Position numbers and translations under genes: made by a program. From a bacterium (GTDB taxonomy: Bacteria > UBA8248 > JACPRG01 > G963555815): 64,000 nucleotides of DNA. The stretch spans positions 4,192,001 to 4,256,000 of the forward strand of contig OZ244653.1 in assembly GCA_965218795.1 (NCBI GenBank), written 5' to 3'. Shown one piece after another: positions 19,905 through 30,283 of this stretch. How positions within the stretch are numbered: position 1 is the stretch's first letter; each line of letters begins with the position of its first letter. Under the pieces are notes generated by a model. The model saw only the letters and a program-made list of their open reading frames with translations, had not been told where the DNA came from and did no database searches.

Positions 19905-20639
19905 ATGCGCGAAGCCGTTCTCAGGGTTTTTCGAGGCGACGCCCAAGGCGGGGAGGAAAAGGAGTATCGAATCCCGGTCGAAGAGGGGATGGTTGTATTG
20001 GATGCCATCCACTACATCCAGGGACACTTCGAGCCGGATTTGGCCGTCCGCTGGAACTGCAAGGCTGCCAAGTGCGGTTCCTGCAGCGCGGAGGTCAACG
20101 GCAAGCCCAGTCTGATGTGTAAGACCCGAATGGATGATTTCCCCGAGGAAGAATCGATCACGGTCTACCCCATGAAGGCGTTTCCCGTGATCAAGGATCT
20201 GGTGACCGACGTATCGTGGAACTTCGAGGTCAACAAGAAGATACAGGCCTTCACTCCAGCTCCGGACACCGATTGGAAGATGTACCAGCCCGATGTGGAC
20301 CGGGTTCAGGAGTTCAGGAAGTGCATCGAATGCTTCCTCTGCCAGAACGTATGCCACGTGATCCGGACCCATGACCAAAAACCGCAATTTTCCGGTCCGC
20401 GGTTCTATGTTCGCGTGGCGGGTTTGGAGATGCACCCCTTGGACACCGCGTCCAGGCTGGAGTATTTGAAGGACGAGGCAGGGATAGGATTTTGCAACAT
20501 CACCAAGTGCTGCACGGAGGTCTGCCCGGAAGAGATCGAGATTACCGATAACGCCATTATTCCGCTGAAAGAGCGGGTGGTGGACAGGTACTATGATCCG
20601 GTCCTCAAGTTCTTCAGGAAATTGTTGGGAACATGGTGA
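19905..20639 (+). CDS. sdhB: Succinate dehydrogenase iron-sulfur subunit
   Basis: CKAAKCGSC, CIECFLCQNVC and CNITKCCTEVCP motifs. Confidence 0.96.
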   Translation: MREAVLRVFRGDAQGGEEKEYRIPVEEGMVVLDAIHYIQGHFEPDLAVRWNCKAAKCGSCSAEVNGKPSLMCKTRMDDFPEEESITVYPMKAFPVIKDLVTDVSWNFEVNKKIQAFTPAPDTDWKMYQPDVDRVQEFRKCIECFLCQNVCHVIRTHDQKPQFSGPRFYVRVAGLEMHPLDTASRLEYLKDEAGIGFCNITKCCTEVCPEEIEITDNAIIPLKERVVDRYYDPVLKFFRKLLGTW

Positions 20640-20869
20640 TCGGCTTCATCGGGCTGGCATCGTCGAATTCGCGCTTCGCATGATGTGTTCTTGAATTGCG
20701 TCATGACGTGGCCCTGTCTGTGCGGTTGGTTGCGTCGGGCGCTGACGGTGGGCAGGGCTGATCCGCGCGTGGATTCCTCATGGCTCGGCGGGTCATTCGA
20801 GGGGTGGGTTTTTGACCGTTCTGTCGTGCCGCCGGAACCGGGAAATCATGTCTTTTTCAAGGTCGAACC

Positions 20870-22033
20870 ATGAAGATCCATGAGTTTCAGGGGAAAGAGA
20901 TTCTGAAGTCCTTCGGCATTCCGGTCCCCGAGGGCGGCGTGGCGGAGACGGCGGGGGAGACCCGCGGCATCGCCGAACGGCTGGGCGGGCGCGTCGTCGT
21001 CAAGGCGCAGATACACGCCGGGGGGCGCGGGAAGGGCGGCGGCGTCAAACTGGCCGACGACCCCGACGAGGCGGAGCAGGCGGCCGAACGGATCATCGGG
21101 ATGCAGCTCATCACCCACCAGACCGGGCCGGAAGGCCAGAAGGTCAAGCGGGTTCTGGTGGAGGAGGCCTCCCCGATCGCCAGGGAGCTCTACCTGGGCG
21201 TGGTCATCGACCGCGCGCAATCGGCCCCCGTCGTGATGGCGAGCGAGGCCGGCGGGATGGATATCGAGGAGGTCGCCGCCAACACGCCGGAGAAGATCCT
21301 GACCGAAGTGGTCGATACGGCTTACGGCCTCCAGGGTTTCCAGGCGCGGCGGCTGGCCTTCGGCCTCGGACTGCCCCGGGAGAATTTGAGCGCCGCATCG
21401 AAGTTCTTCCAGAATCTGTACCGCTTGTTCGAAGAGAAGGACTGTTCGCTGGCCGAGATCAACCCGCTGGCGGTGATGGAAGACGGACGCCTGCTGGCCC
21501 TGGACGCCAAGCTCAATTTCGACGACAACGCCCTATACCGTCACGCGGAGCTCGCCGATCTCCGGGATCTGGACGAGGAAGCCCCCCTGGAGGTTGAAGC
21601 CTCCAAGTTCCATCTGAACTACATCAAGCTGGACGGAGAAGTCGGGTGCATGGTGAACGGGGCCGGGCTGGCGATGGCCACCATGGACATCGTGAAGATG
21701 GCCGGAGCCTCGCCCGCCAATTTTCTGGATGTCGGGGGAGGCGCCGACGAGGAGATGGTCGAAAACGCTTTCCGGATCCTCGTGGGCGATGAAGGCGTCC
21801 GCGCCGTGTTCATCAATATTTTCGGCGGGATCATGCGGTGCGATATTCTGGCCCAGGGGGTCGTCGAGGCCGTCCGGAAGCTGAACGTGACAATTCCCGT
21901 GATCATCCGAATGGAAGGGACCAACGTCGAGGAGGGCCGCAGGATCCTGGAGGACTCGGGTCTGGATTTCACGGTGGGCGACGGGATGCAGGATTCGGCC
22001 GAAAAAGTCGTCGCGGCGTTACAACAGGAATAA
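20870..22033 (+). CDS. sucC: Succinyl-CoA synthetase beta subunit
   Basis: MKIHEFQGK, KAQIHAGGRGK, EINPL, NGAGLAMATMD, NFLDVGG and NIFGGI motifs. Confidence 0.97.
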   Translation: MKIHEFQGKEILKSFGIPVPEGGVAETAGETRGIAERLGGRVVVKAQIHAGGRGKGGGVKLADDPDEAEQAAERIIGMQLITHQTGPEGQKVKRVLVEEASPIARELYLGVVIDRAQSAPVVMASEAGGMDIEEVAANTPEKILTEVVDTAYGLQGFQARRLAFGLGLPRENLSAASKFFQNLYRLFEEKDCSLAEINPLAVMEDGRLLALDAKLNFDDNALYRHAELADLRDLDEEAPLEVEASKFHLNYIKLDGEVGCMVNGAGLAMATMDIVKMAGASPANFLDVGGGADEEMVENAFRILVGDEGVRAVFINIFGGIMRCDILAQGVVEAVRKLNVTIPVIIRMEGTNVEEGRRILEDSGLDFTVGDGMQDSAEKVVAALQQE

Positions 22034-22311
22034 CCAAGAGCCATGAATTGTCAGGAAGGGCATGTTGGGGGCAACGGGCCTCCGCGATTTCTCGGCGTTC
22101 GGTGGCGCCGTAGCCGCGCGCAATCAGGGCATTGTGTATCGATAACCCATGTGCGCGTCGAAAAGTGAGCGGGCCGCGCCTGTTCCCCTGACCCCCATTA
22201 GAACTTTCCCGTCCCCTCGCGAAATGAAGATTTTACTGGTGCGCGCGCGCCTGACAGAAAGCCCTCCCCCACAGACATCAAAAGGTTCTATAGAGGACAA
22301 GAGAGGTTTCC

Positions 22312-23205
22312 ATGAGCACTCTCGTTGGGCGTGAAACCCGGATCGTCGTACAGGGAATGGGGAAGCACGGCCAGTTCCACGCGGCCCGCTGTCTGGAGTA
22401 CGGCAAAGAGAACGGAATTGAGCAGCAGGTGGTGGCTGGTGTGACGCCCGGCAAGGGAGGGACCCGGGTCGACTCCATTCCGCTGTTCAACACCGTTGCC
22501 GAGGCCATAGGGGAGACGGGTGCCAACGCTTCCCAGATCTTTGTGCCGCCCGCCGGCGCGGCTGATGCCGTCATGGAGGCCGCGGATGCCGGCATTCCGC
22601 TGGCCGTGTGCATCACGGAGGGCATTCCCGCGTTCGACATGCTCCGGGTCCACAAGTACCTGGAAGACCGTCCGACACGGCTCGTCGGCCCCAATTGTCC
22701 CGGGGTGATCTCGCCCGGGGGCTGCAAGATGGGCATCATGCCGGGGCATATTCATCTGCCGGGACGGGTCGGCGTGATATCGCGCAGCGGAACGCTGACG
22801 TACGAGGCCGTGGGTCAGCTCACGGCGGAGGGCATCGGGCAGTCGACATGTATCGGTATCGGCGGCGATCCGGTCATTGGGACGACCCACGTGGACGCGC
22901 TGGCGTTGTTCGAGGGCGACCCGGATACCGACGCGGTCATCCTGATTGGGGAGATCGGCGGGACCGCCGAGGAGGAGGCGGGCGAATTCATCCGGTCCGG
23001 GGGCTTCACCAAACCCGTCGTCGGGTTCATTGCGGGCCAGACGGCCCCGCCGGGCCGGCGGATGGGGCACGCGGGCGCAATCATCTCCGGTGGCAAGGGG
23101 ACCGCGGCGGACAAGATGGCCGCCCTGCGGGAGGCTGGCGTGACCGTCACGGAGAGTCCGGCCAGGATGGGGGAAAGGATGGCGGAGGTTCTACATCCCC
23201 GGTAA
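22312..23205 (+). CDS. sucD: Succinyl-CoA synthetase alpha subunit
   Basis: [29 protein letters not shown] and RMGHAGA (phospho-His) motifs. Confidence 0.97.
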   Translation: MSTLVGRETRIVVQGMGKHGQFHAARCLEYGKENGIEQQVVAGVTPGKGGTRVDSIPLFNTVAEAIGETGANASQIFVPPAGAADAVMEAADAGIPLAVCITEGIPAFDMLRVHKYLEDRPTRLVGPNCPGVISPGGCKMGIMPGHIHLPGRVGVISRSGTLTYEAVGQLTAEGIGQSTCIGIGGDPVIGTTHVDALALFEGDPDTDAVILIGEIGGTAEEEAGEFIRSGGFTKPVVGFIAGQTAPPGRRMGHAGAIISGGKGTAADKMAALREAGVTVTESPARMGERMAEVLHPR

Positions 23206-23494
23206 GGGTTGAATCTCAGTCTGCATTGAATATATTGGAGTGATACGGAATTCGGATTGGTGTAACGGATGGAAGGACAGGTCTTCCGGCAGGTCTTCCG
23301 GACTGGCTCGGCAGTGCGCGGGGGCTCTCTTCAGCGGTTCTCGCCGATTGAATGAATTCCCCGCATATGTTAATTTGATCGAATACCTGGAGGCAGGAGG
23401 GCGGATGAGGAGACCCAAGTCCTCATCGTTCGGGCCGGCGCTGGGGAAAAGTTGATTTCTCTCTCAAGAAAACCCGAAAGAGGATTCCCTGGAG

Positions 23495-25375
23495 ATGAGT
23501 GAAACACCCGAAGCAGCCGATGGAACGAACGGGGAGGCCGCGCCCCACAAGGATCTGGAAAGTATCGAAACGGTAGCCATCCGGTTCGCGGGAGATTCCG
23601 GAGACGGGATGCAGCTCACCGGCACGCGGTTTACCAACGCGACCGCAATCGCCGGAAACGATCTCAGCACGCTGCCGGACTTCCCCGCCGAAATCCGCGC
23701 GCCCGCCGGCACACTGGCCGGCGTCAGCGGTTTTCAGATCAACTTCAGCAGCCAGAACATCCATACCCCGGGCGACAGCCCCGACGTGCTGGTGGCCATG
23801 AATCCGGCTGCGCTGAAGGCCAACCTGAAGGATCTCAAGCGGGGCGGAATGATCATTCTGAATACCTCCGCCTTCAACCAGAAGGCCTATGACAAGGCGG
23901 AATACACCTCCGATCCGCTGACCGACGGGACTCTCGAGCCCTATCGCGTCCATCAGGTCGATATTGCCAAGATGACGCAGGCGGCCCTGAAGGGCATGGG
24001 TCTGCAACCGAGCGTGATGGACCGCAGCAAGAATTTCTTCGCCCTCGGCTTGATGTTCTGGATGTACCAGCGTCCGATGGAACAGACCATCAAATGGATC
24101 GAGGACAAGTTCAAGAACCGGGCGGAGATCGTCGAAGCCAACCTCCGGGCCCTTCACGCGGGGTACCATTTCGGTGAGAACACCGAGATCTTTCAGACCG
24201 CCTATGTGGTGAAAGAGGCGCATCTGCCGCCGGGCCGGTACCGCAACATCACCGGCAACGAGGCCGTGGCGAGGGGCTTCGTCGCCGCCGGGCGGCTCGC
24301 CGGGCTTCGTGTCGTATACGGCAGTTACCCCATCACTCCCGCCAGCGATGTCCTTCACGAGCTTTCCGTGTTTAAGCATTACGACGTCATCACCATTCAG
24401 GCCGAGGATGAGATCGCCGCTGTTTCCGCCGCTATCGGTGCTGCCTTCGGCGGCTCTCTCGGCGTGACCGGCACCAGCGGGCCCGGAATCGCGCTGAAGG
24501 CCGAGGCCATGAATCTGGCCCTGATGACGGAACTGCCTCTCGTGGTGCTCGACGTTCAGCGGGGCGGGCCGAGCACGGGCTTGCCCACGAAGACGGAGCA
24601 GGCCGACCTGCTTCAGGTTCTCTACGGACGAAACAGCGATTCGCCCATACCGGTCGTCGCGGCGAACACGCCGGGCGATTGCTTCTTTGCCGCCATCGAG
24701 GCTTCCCGGATCGCCGTCAAGTACATGACGCCGGTCGTCCTGCTCACCGACGGTTATCTGGGCAACGGGGCCGAGCCCTGGAACATCCCCGAGGTGGAAG
24801 ACCTGCCGGAGTTCAAGGCCGAGTTCCGTACGGACCCCGAGGGCTTCATGCCGTATCTCCGCGACCCGAAGACCCTGGCCAGACCGTGGGTCAAACCCGG
24901 TACGCCGGGGCTGGAGCACCGCATCGGCGGCATTGAGAAATCGGACGGCACGGGGAACGTCAACTACGACCCGGCCAACCACGAGCACATGGTGCGCACC
25001 CGCGCCGCCAAGGTGGCGGGCATCGCCGACGACATCCCGCCGGCGCAGGTCGAAGGCGAGGAGAAAGGGAAGCTGCTGATCATCGGCTGGGGCAGCACCT
25101 ACGGCTCGATCACCACGGCCGTGAGCGTCCTGCAGGCGCGCGGGGCGTCGGTGTCTCACGTCCACCTGCGGCACCTGAACCCGCTTCCGCGAAACCTGGG
25201 CGACATCATTTCGAGCTTCGAGAAGGTCCTCATCCCCGAGATGAATATGGGCCAACTCCTGACGGTCCTTCGGGCTGAGTATCTGGTCGATGCGATCGGC
25301 TTCAACAAGATCCAGGGACAGCCCTTTAAAATCTCTGAACTCGTCAACAAGATTGAGGAGGTGCTCGCATCATGA
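23495..25375 (+). CDS. korA: 2-oxoacid:ferredoxin oxidoreductase alpha subunit (gamma-alpha fused)
   Basis: AGDSGDGMQ, YPITPAS, AEDEIAA, TSGPG and QRGGPSTGLPTK motifs. Confidence 0.93.
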   Translation: MSETPEAADGTNGEAAPHKDLESIETVAIRFAGDSGDGMQLTGTRFTNATAIAGNDLSTLPDFPAEIRAPAGTLAGVSGFQINFSSQNIHTPGDSPDVLVAMNPAALKANLKDLKRGGMIILNTSAFNQKAYDKAEYTSDPLTDGTLEPYRVHQVDIAKMTQAALKGMGLQPSVMDRSKNFFALGLMFWMYQRPMEQTIKWIEDKFKNRAEIVEANLRALHAGYHFGENTEIFQTAYVVKEAHLPPGRYRNITGNEAVARGFVAAGRLAGLRVVYGSYPITPASDVLHELSVFKHYDVITIQAEDEIAAVSAAIGAAFGGSLGVTGTSGPGIALKAEAMNLALMTELPLVVLDVQRGGPSTGLPTKTEQADLLQVLYGRNSDSPIPVVAANTPGDCFFAAIEASRIAVKYMTPVVLLTDGYLGNGAEPWNIPEVEDLPEFKAEFRTDPEGFMPYLRDPKTLARPWVKPGTPGLEHRIGGIEKSDGTGNVNYDPANHEHMVRTRAAKVAGIADDIPPAQVEGEEKGKLLIIGWGSTYGSITTAVSVLQARGASVSHVHLRHLNPLPRNLGDIISSFEKVLIPEMNMGQLLTVLRAEYLVDAIGFNKIQGQPFKISELVNKIEEVLAS

Positions 25376-26385
25376 GCACGGAAACGGCCAAGCTGACCAA
25401 GAAAGACTTCACGTCGGACCAGATCGTGCGGTGGTGCCCCGGTTGCGGGGATTACGCCATCCTGGCGCAGGTGCAGAGCCTGTTCCCCGAGTTCGGGATC
25501 CCCAAGGAGAACGTTGCGTTCGTCTCGGGCATCGGCTGCGCCGCGCGTTTCCCCTATTACATGAACACCTACGGTTTCCACGCCATTCACGGGCGGGCGC
25601 CGGCGTTCGCCACCGGTCTCAAGGCGGCCAACCCGGACCTGTCGGTTTGGGTCGTCACCGGCGACGGCGACGCGTTGTCGATCGGGGGGAATCACCTGAT
25701 GCATGTCCTCCGCAGGAACGTGGACGTGAAGATCCTTCTGTTCAACAACCGGATCTACGGCCTGACCAAGGGGCAGTACTCACCGACATCGGAGTTCGGC
25801 AAGAGGACCAAATCCACGCCCATGGGGTCTGTGGATACGCCGGTCAACCCCGTATCGGTCGCGATCGGATCGGGGGCCACGTTCGTTGCGCGCACCGTGG
25901 ACCGGGACGTGAAGCACATGAAGGAAATCCTGCGGGCGGCGGCGAGCCACAAGGGCACGGCCTTGGTCGAGATCTTGCAGAACTGCCCGGTGTTCAACGA
26001 CGGCGCCTTTTTCAACCTGACGGAGAAGGCGACGAAGGATACCGACGGCGTCCGCCTCGAGACCGGCCAGCCTGCGGTGTACGGCGCCAAGGACAACCCC
26101 ATGGGCCTGCGGCTGAACGGGTTGAGCATTGAAAGCGTCCCCGTGAACGGGAACACCGACGAGCTCCTCGTCCATGACCCGCATGTGGCCGACCCGACGT
26201 TGGCGTTCATGATCGGGCAGATGCACGATCACGGCCTTCCGGTCGCCCTGGGCGTCCTCCGGTCGGTGGAGCACCCCTGTTACGACGCGCTCGTGAACGA
26301 TCAGGTCAAAAGGGCCATTGAGACCAAGGGCGAGGGGGAGCTGGAGGGGCTTCTGAACGACGGCGACACCTGGACCGTGGGCTGA
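25372..26385 (+). CDS. korB: 2-oxoacid:ferredoxin oxidoreductase beta subunit
   Basis: [28 protein letters not shown] and [11 protein letters not shown] motifs. Confidence 0.93.
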   Translation: MSTETAKLTKKDFTSDQIVRWCPGCGDYAILAQVQSLFPEFGIPKENVAFVSGIGCAARFPYYMNTYGFHAIHGRAPAFATGLKAANPDLSVWVVTGDGDALSIGGNHLMHVLRRNVDVKILLFNNRIYGLTKGQYSPTSEFGKRTKSTPMGSVDTPVNPVSVAIGSGATFVARTVDRDVKHMKEILRAAASHKGTALVEILQNCPVFNDGAFFNLTEKATKDTDGVRLETGQPAVYGAKDNPMGLRLNGLSIESVPVNGNTDELLVHDPHVADPTLAFMIGQMHDHGLPVALGVLRSVEHPCYDALVNDQVKRAIETKGEGELEGLLNDGDTWTVG

Positions 26386-26495
26386 GGCTCCGGCCTCGCC
26401 GCCTGTTCGGTACCGTATCATCACGAGGGAAACCCGGCCCGGGCTTCCCTCGTATTTTGTCGGCTTCCGGTGCAAGCCATGAAGGAGCGGAGTGT

Positions 26496-26909
26496 ATGGA
26501 AAGGACGTTGGCCATCATCAAACCCGACGCCGTCCAGCGACGATTGGTCGGCGCCATCGTCTCGCGCATCGAAAAGGAGGGGTTTGCGATTCGGGCGATG
26601 CGGCTTCGGCATCTCACGAAGAGCGAGGCGGAGGGATTTTACGACGTGCATCGGGAGCGCCCCTTTTTCGGGAGCCTGACGGATTTCATGTCGTCCGGAC
26701 CCTGCGTTCCGATGGTGCTGGAGAAAGAGGGAGCCATCGCCGCCTGGCGGCAGGTCATGGGCGCGACGAATCCGGAGGAAGCGGAGGAGGGGACGATCCG
26801 AAACCAGTTCGGCGAAGGCGTCGAGCGCAACGGCACGCACGGCAGCGACGCGCCCGAGACCGCGGCGTTCGAGATCAGTTATTTCTTCGACGAGTCGGAA
26901 TGGGTCTGA
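26496..26909 (+). CDS. ndk: Nucleoside diphosphate kinase
   Basis: [21 protein letters not shown] and NGTHGSD motifs. Confidence 0.97.
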   Translation: MERTLAIIKPDAVQRRLVGAIVSRIEKEGFAIRAMRLRHLTKSEAEGFYDVHRERPFFGSLTDFMSSGPCVPMVLEKEGAIAAWRQVMGATNPEEAEEGTIRNQFGEGVERNGTHGSDAPETAAFEISYFFDESEWV

Positions 26910-27012
26910 GGGAAGGACAGGGAGTTCAGGAGAAAGCCTCTCGCATCGAGGATACGGGAACCGGCCCAATCGCCTTGGCAGCAGATAGACTCAGCCCCCC
27001 TCGAAAATCTTC

Positions 27013-27090
27013 CGGGCGGGTACGGGCCCCGCCTCTACATTTCAACGGGCTAACGGCTTGTAGTCATGGGCGGGGCTCTGTACCCGCCCA
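27013..27090. repeat. Inverted pair of GTAG-type REP-like palindromes
   Basis: CGGGCGGGTACGGGCCCCGCCTCTACA followed by the inverted TGTAG...GGGCGGGGCTCTGTACCCGCCC. Confidence 0.5.
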
Positions 27091-27385
27091 TGACAGCTTC
27101 CTGGCTTTCATCCATCTCGTCCAGAATTTCTGATAATAGTCGGCCCTCCTCTTGCGCCTTCCTCTGGGCCTCTACAATGTCCTCAATTCCGTAGGGTTTT
27201 CCATCCTGAAGTTTAAGAGAAATTCCGACGAGACTCATCGGATGGCCGCACTCGGATTTTCTTGACAGAATTCGCTCCCCCTGATTGCGTCTGGTTGAAA
27301 AGCCATGCCCCTTCTCACAGGCGTACATCCAGTAACCCTGCTTCACGACCAGTCTTTGGAATTCATCGCTGAACTCATCCGCCAT
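27050..27385 (-). CDS. Hypothetical protein with a possible Zn-ribbon (CEKGH ... CGH)
   Basis: Protein-like ORF co-directional with and just downstream of the FAH gene; start uncertain (27385 or 27406). Confidence 0.6.
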   Translation of the reverse strand: MADEFSDEFQRLVVKQGYWMYACEKGHGFSTRRNQGERILSRKSECGHPMSLVGISLKLQDGKPYGIEDIVEAQRKAQEEGRLLSEILDEMDESQEAVMGGYRAPPMTTSR

Positions 27386-27402
27386 GACAAGATCTTCCAA
27401 TA

Positions 27403-28398
27403 TCACTCAATATCCGCCACGATGAGATTCTGGAGCTCGCCCAGACCGCTCACGACGCAGCGGACCGTGTCACCTGGCTTGAGGTAGAAGTCTTGGGGGG
27501 GGTCCCGGAAGGCGGCCACGCCTGAGGGCGTCCCGGTCGAGATGATGTCCCCGGGTTCCAGGCCCATTCTGGACCAGTGAGCGATGAGCTCGGGGATCTT
27601 GAAGATCATATCCCGGGTGCTGCCGCTCTGCCGGGGTTCGGACTCGTCGTTCACCCAGGTCTCGAGCGTCAGGTCGTCGGGGTCGGGGATTTCGTCCGCG
27701 GTGGTGACAAAGGGTCCCATGGGGGCGAAGCCGTCGAGATTTTTCCCCATGAACAGCAGCCCGAATTTCATCTCGGCCCGCTGTATGTCCCGCGCGCTGA
27801 TGTCGTTGTAAATCGTGTAGCCGAAGATGTGCTCCATGGCGGTTTCGGGCGGGATGTCCTTGCCGCCCTTCCCGATGATCATGGCAATCTCCACTTCGTA
27901 GTCCAGTTCCTGCGTGTGACGGGAATGGACGATCGGCGTTTCGTGGCCGGTGATGACCGAAGGAACCTGGACGAACCCCATGGGAAACCGGAGCTTGGGC
28001 GCGTGGGGATTCTCGTCGACGTGGTCGCCGAAGTTGAAGCCCATGGCGATGAATTTGCCCGGGCGGGGAACCGGGGCGTGAAACCGGACGTTTTCCTGCG
28101 GGTGGACGACCTCCGTACCCTTCGCGCCTTGGAGGGGCTCCCCGCGGTCTCGCTTGGACTGGATGAGTCCCAGGATTCGCTGGACGGCTTCGGTGGAGTC
28201 TCCGCCGCCTCGGATAAATCCGAGGATCCCCTCTCTCGCCCATTTGGTCCGGAGCGCCATGGCTCTGGGATCCCGGTGGTCGGCTTCGGCAATCGTCAGC
28301 GCGAGGCTCATATCGGCCACCGTTCCGTCCTCCAGGACGAGCCCCATCCGGGGGCCGATGGGGTCTTCCGGCAGCGTCTCGAAGATAGCGAGCTTCAT
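27403..28398 (-). CDS. Fumarylacetoacetate hydrolase family protein
   Basis: GFNFGDH, LDYEVE, NDISARD, GKNLDGFAPMGP and PGDIISTGTPSGV motifs. Confidence 0.94.
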   Translation of the reverse strand: MKLAIFETLPEDPIGPRMGLVLEDGTVADMSLALTIAEADHRDPRAMALRTKWAREGILGFIRGGGDSTEAVQRILGLIQSKRDRGEPLQGAKGTEVVHPQENVRFHAPVPRPGKFIAMGFNFGDHVDENPHAPKLRFPMGFVQVPSVITGHETPIVHSRHTQELDYEVEIAMIIGKGGKDIPPETAMEHIFGYTIYNDISARDIQRAEMKFGLLFMGKNLDGFAPMGPFVTTADEIPDPDDLTLETWVNDESEPRQSGSTRDMIFKIPELIAHWSRMGLEPGDIISTGTPSGVAAFRDPPQDFYLKPGDTVRCVVSGLGELQNLIVADIE

Positions 28399-28723
28399 GG
28401 TTCTCTCCAGTGTCTACCGCCGCCGTGTGTCGCGGGGTCTTGTTCGCCGGGAGCGTTGCCTTTCAGGAGGGACCGAAAATCCAAGATGGCGCTTCCTGAC
28501 GCCTTCTGACCGTCCATCCGGAAATTTCGGGTCCGGCCAGCCTTGACAGGGCGAAGGCATTCTGGTTCTTTATTGCCTTGGCTCGGGGGTAAGTGGCCCC
28601 CGGGCGACACACCGTGTCTCTCCTCAAGGAACCGACATGCAATATTTTGCTGAGGGTGAGCCCGAAGAATCAAAGCGGCGGCATCTTTGGTGGCATGGTT
28701 GCGCGGTCAGGGTCGGCCTCGGC

Positions 28724-29275
28724 CTATCCCTTATCCTCGCCCTCTCTGCTTGGATGTTCTTCGAGTAGTCCCTTCTCCAGCTTGGCGATCCCGTGCTCTT
28801 CCAGCAGGTTCGCCAGCCGGTCCCGGTTGATGAGTTCCACGGGCGCTCCTTCCAGGTTCTTGTCCACCTCCTGCGAGAAGTAGCCCGTTGTCATGAAGAT
28901 CCCCTTCATGGCCTGCTCCTGATGCACGGCGCTGCTGAGGCCGATCACCGGGGCGGAATCCACTATCTGGTCCATCGGCGATAGAACCCCGTTGATGAGG
29001 TAGATCCCGCCCAGAACAGGGTGGTCCATGACGGCGGTGATGTCTACGGTTCCCGATTCAGGGGTCTCAACGGACGTGACCCGCAGGCCCAAAGCCTCTA
29101 CCAGGTCCACGCACAGTTCCCGGAACTCTTCCGGCGCCATCTCTTGGAGGGCGGAAGTTTGCGTCCGGTCCTGCTGGTAGTAGGCCTGCTCCATGGCAAT
29201 CGGGGCCGAGGAACGCTTGAGCAGAAAAATCAGAATGAAGCCCAAAATCGTGGATATCGTGATGATCACAAGCAT
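28724..29275 (-). CDS. Membrane-anchored Mrr-like restriction endonuclease-fold protein (catalytic motif degenerate)
   Basis: N-terminal TM; PEEFRELCVDL, VDITA, KGIFMTTGYFS and VELINRDRL motifs resemble Mrr_cat. Confidence 0.72.
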   Translation of the reverse strand: MLVIITISTILGFILIFLLKRSSAPIAMEQAYYQQDRTQTSALQEMAPEEFRELCVDLVEALGLRVTSVETPESGTVDITAVMDHPVLGGIYLINGVLSPMDQIVDSAPVIGLSSAVHQEQAMKGIFMTTGYFSQEVDKNLEGAPVELINRDRLANLLEEHGIAKLEKGLLEEHPSREGEDKG

Positions 29276-29378
29276 GGATATCCCCGGTGGAAACGGTCGG
29301 GGGCATTGGTCCGGTACTCGCCGGACCCGGCGTCGGGAACGACATCGGTGAGGGAATCTGCGACGACGCGGCGCCGCC

Positions 29379-29546
29379 CTATTCCATCATGTCGTCGTAA
29401 ATCCGGTCCTTGTTGCCTTCTTTGCTCAGCTTGTCGTTGTGAAAGGCCTGTTTGAGCGAAAGCCAACACGCGATGAAGACAACAAACAGCATTCCCGTAA
29501 TGGGTATGTTGTCGGGTTTCAAAAGAATTTCCAGAAATTGCTCCAT
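29379..29546 (-). CDS. Small single-pass membrane protein (KPDNIPI motif), 55 aa
   Basis: AAGGAG RBS upstream; hydrophobic helix; protein-like composition. Confidence 0.7.
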   Translation of the reverse strand: MEQFLEILLKPDNIPITGMLFVVFIACWLSLKQAFHNDKLSKEGNKDRIYDDMME

Positions 29547-29623
29547 GGTCTCCGTCTCCTTCCAGCTGAGATTCTCTATCAATATGAACCGGAAAAAGAC
29601 GGCTGGTCAAGCCAAAATCCGAA

Positions 29624-29652
29624 TTGACACGCCTTCGCACGATTCCTATACT
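29624..29652 (+). promoter_or_regulatory. Sigma70-type promoter for the ferredoxin gene
   Basis: TTGACA (29624-29629), 17-nt spacer, TATACT (29647-29652). Confidence 0.75.
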
Positions 29653-29730
29653 CAATTCGATGAGGACGCAGGGTGCAGCCCAATGAGTGCGCCTGAGTCC
29701 TGATTCCAAACATGATCCTGAGAGGCGAAT

Positions 29731-30186
29731 ATGGCTCACTTCATAGCGGATACGTGCATCGGGTGCAGCATCTGCGAGGTCAAGTGCCCGACGGATGCAA
29801 TCAGCGGCCGCAGGGACCAGCTCTATGTCATCGATCCGAATCTCTGCATCGACTGCGACGTCTGCGGGCGTCATTGTCCGGTCGAGTGTATCCTGGATGA
29901 GAATGGAAAGGTCATCCCGCGGATCCGGCCCAAGGAAATGCCCAAGGCTGTGGTCATCGAAGAATTGTGCAACGGGTGCAATTACTGCGTGGAGATTTGT
30001 CCGTTCGATTGCATCAGTCTGGAAGACGCCGAAGGCTGGGAAGATATCCAGGTGGTGGCCAAAGTCCACGAGAAGGAATGCGTCGGATGCCAGCTTTGCG
30101 AAGCCTTCTGTGACAAAGAGGCCATTGTCGTCCCTCTGCCCGAGGGGAAGACGAAGCTGGAGTTCGTGCTCGGCCACTATACCTGA
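29731..30186 (+). CDS. Polyferredoxin with four [4Fe-4S] motifs
   Basis: Four CxxCxxCxxxC motifs (CIGCSICEVKCP, CIDCDVCGRHCP, CNGCNYCVEICP, CVGCQLCEAFC). Confidence 0.93.
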   Translation: MAHFIADTCIGCSICEVKCPTDAISGRRDQLYVIDPNLCIDCDVCGRHCPVECILDENGKVIPRIRPKEMPKAVVIEELCNGCNYCVEICPFDCISLEDAEGWEDIQVVAKVHEKECVGCQLCEAFCDKEAIVVPLPEGKTKLEFVLGHYT

Positions 30187-30237
30187 GACTGCCGCGGCGC
30201 GGGCGTAACGCCGTCGGACAGGAGTAACGTTTCGATC

Positions 30238-30277
30238 AAGCCCGGGGACCCGCTCTGTCGCCCTCGGGTTTTTTTTC
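30238..30277 (+). terminator. Putative intrinsic terminator after the ferredoxin gene
   Basis: GCCCGGGG ... CCCTCGGGT imperfect stem followed by a T-run. Confidence 0.55.
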
Positions 30278-30283
30278 GGCCCG

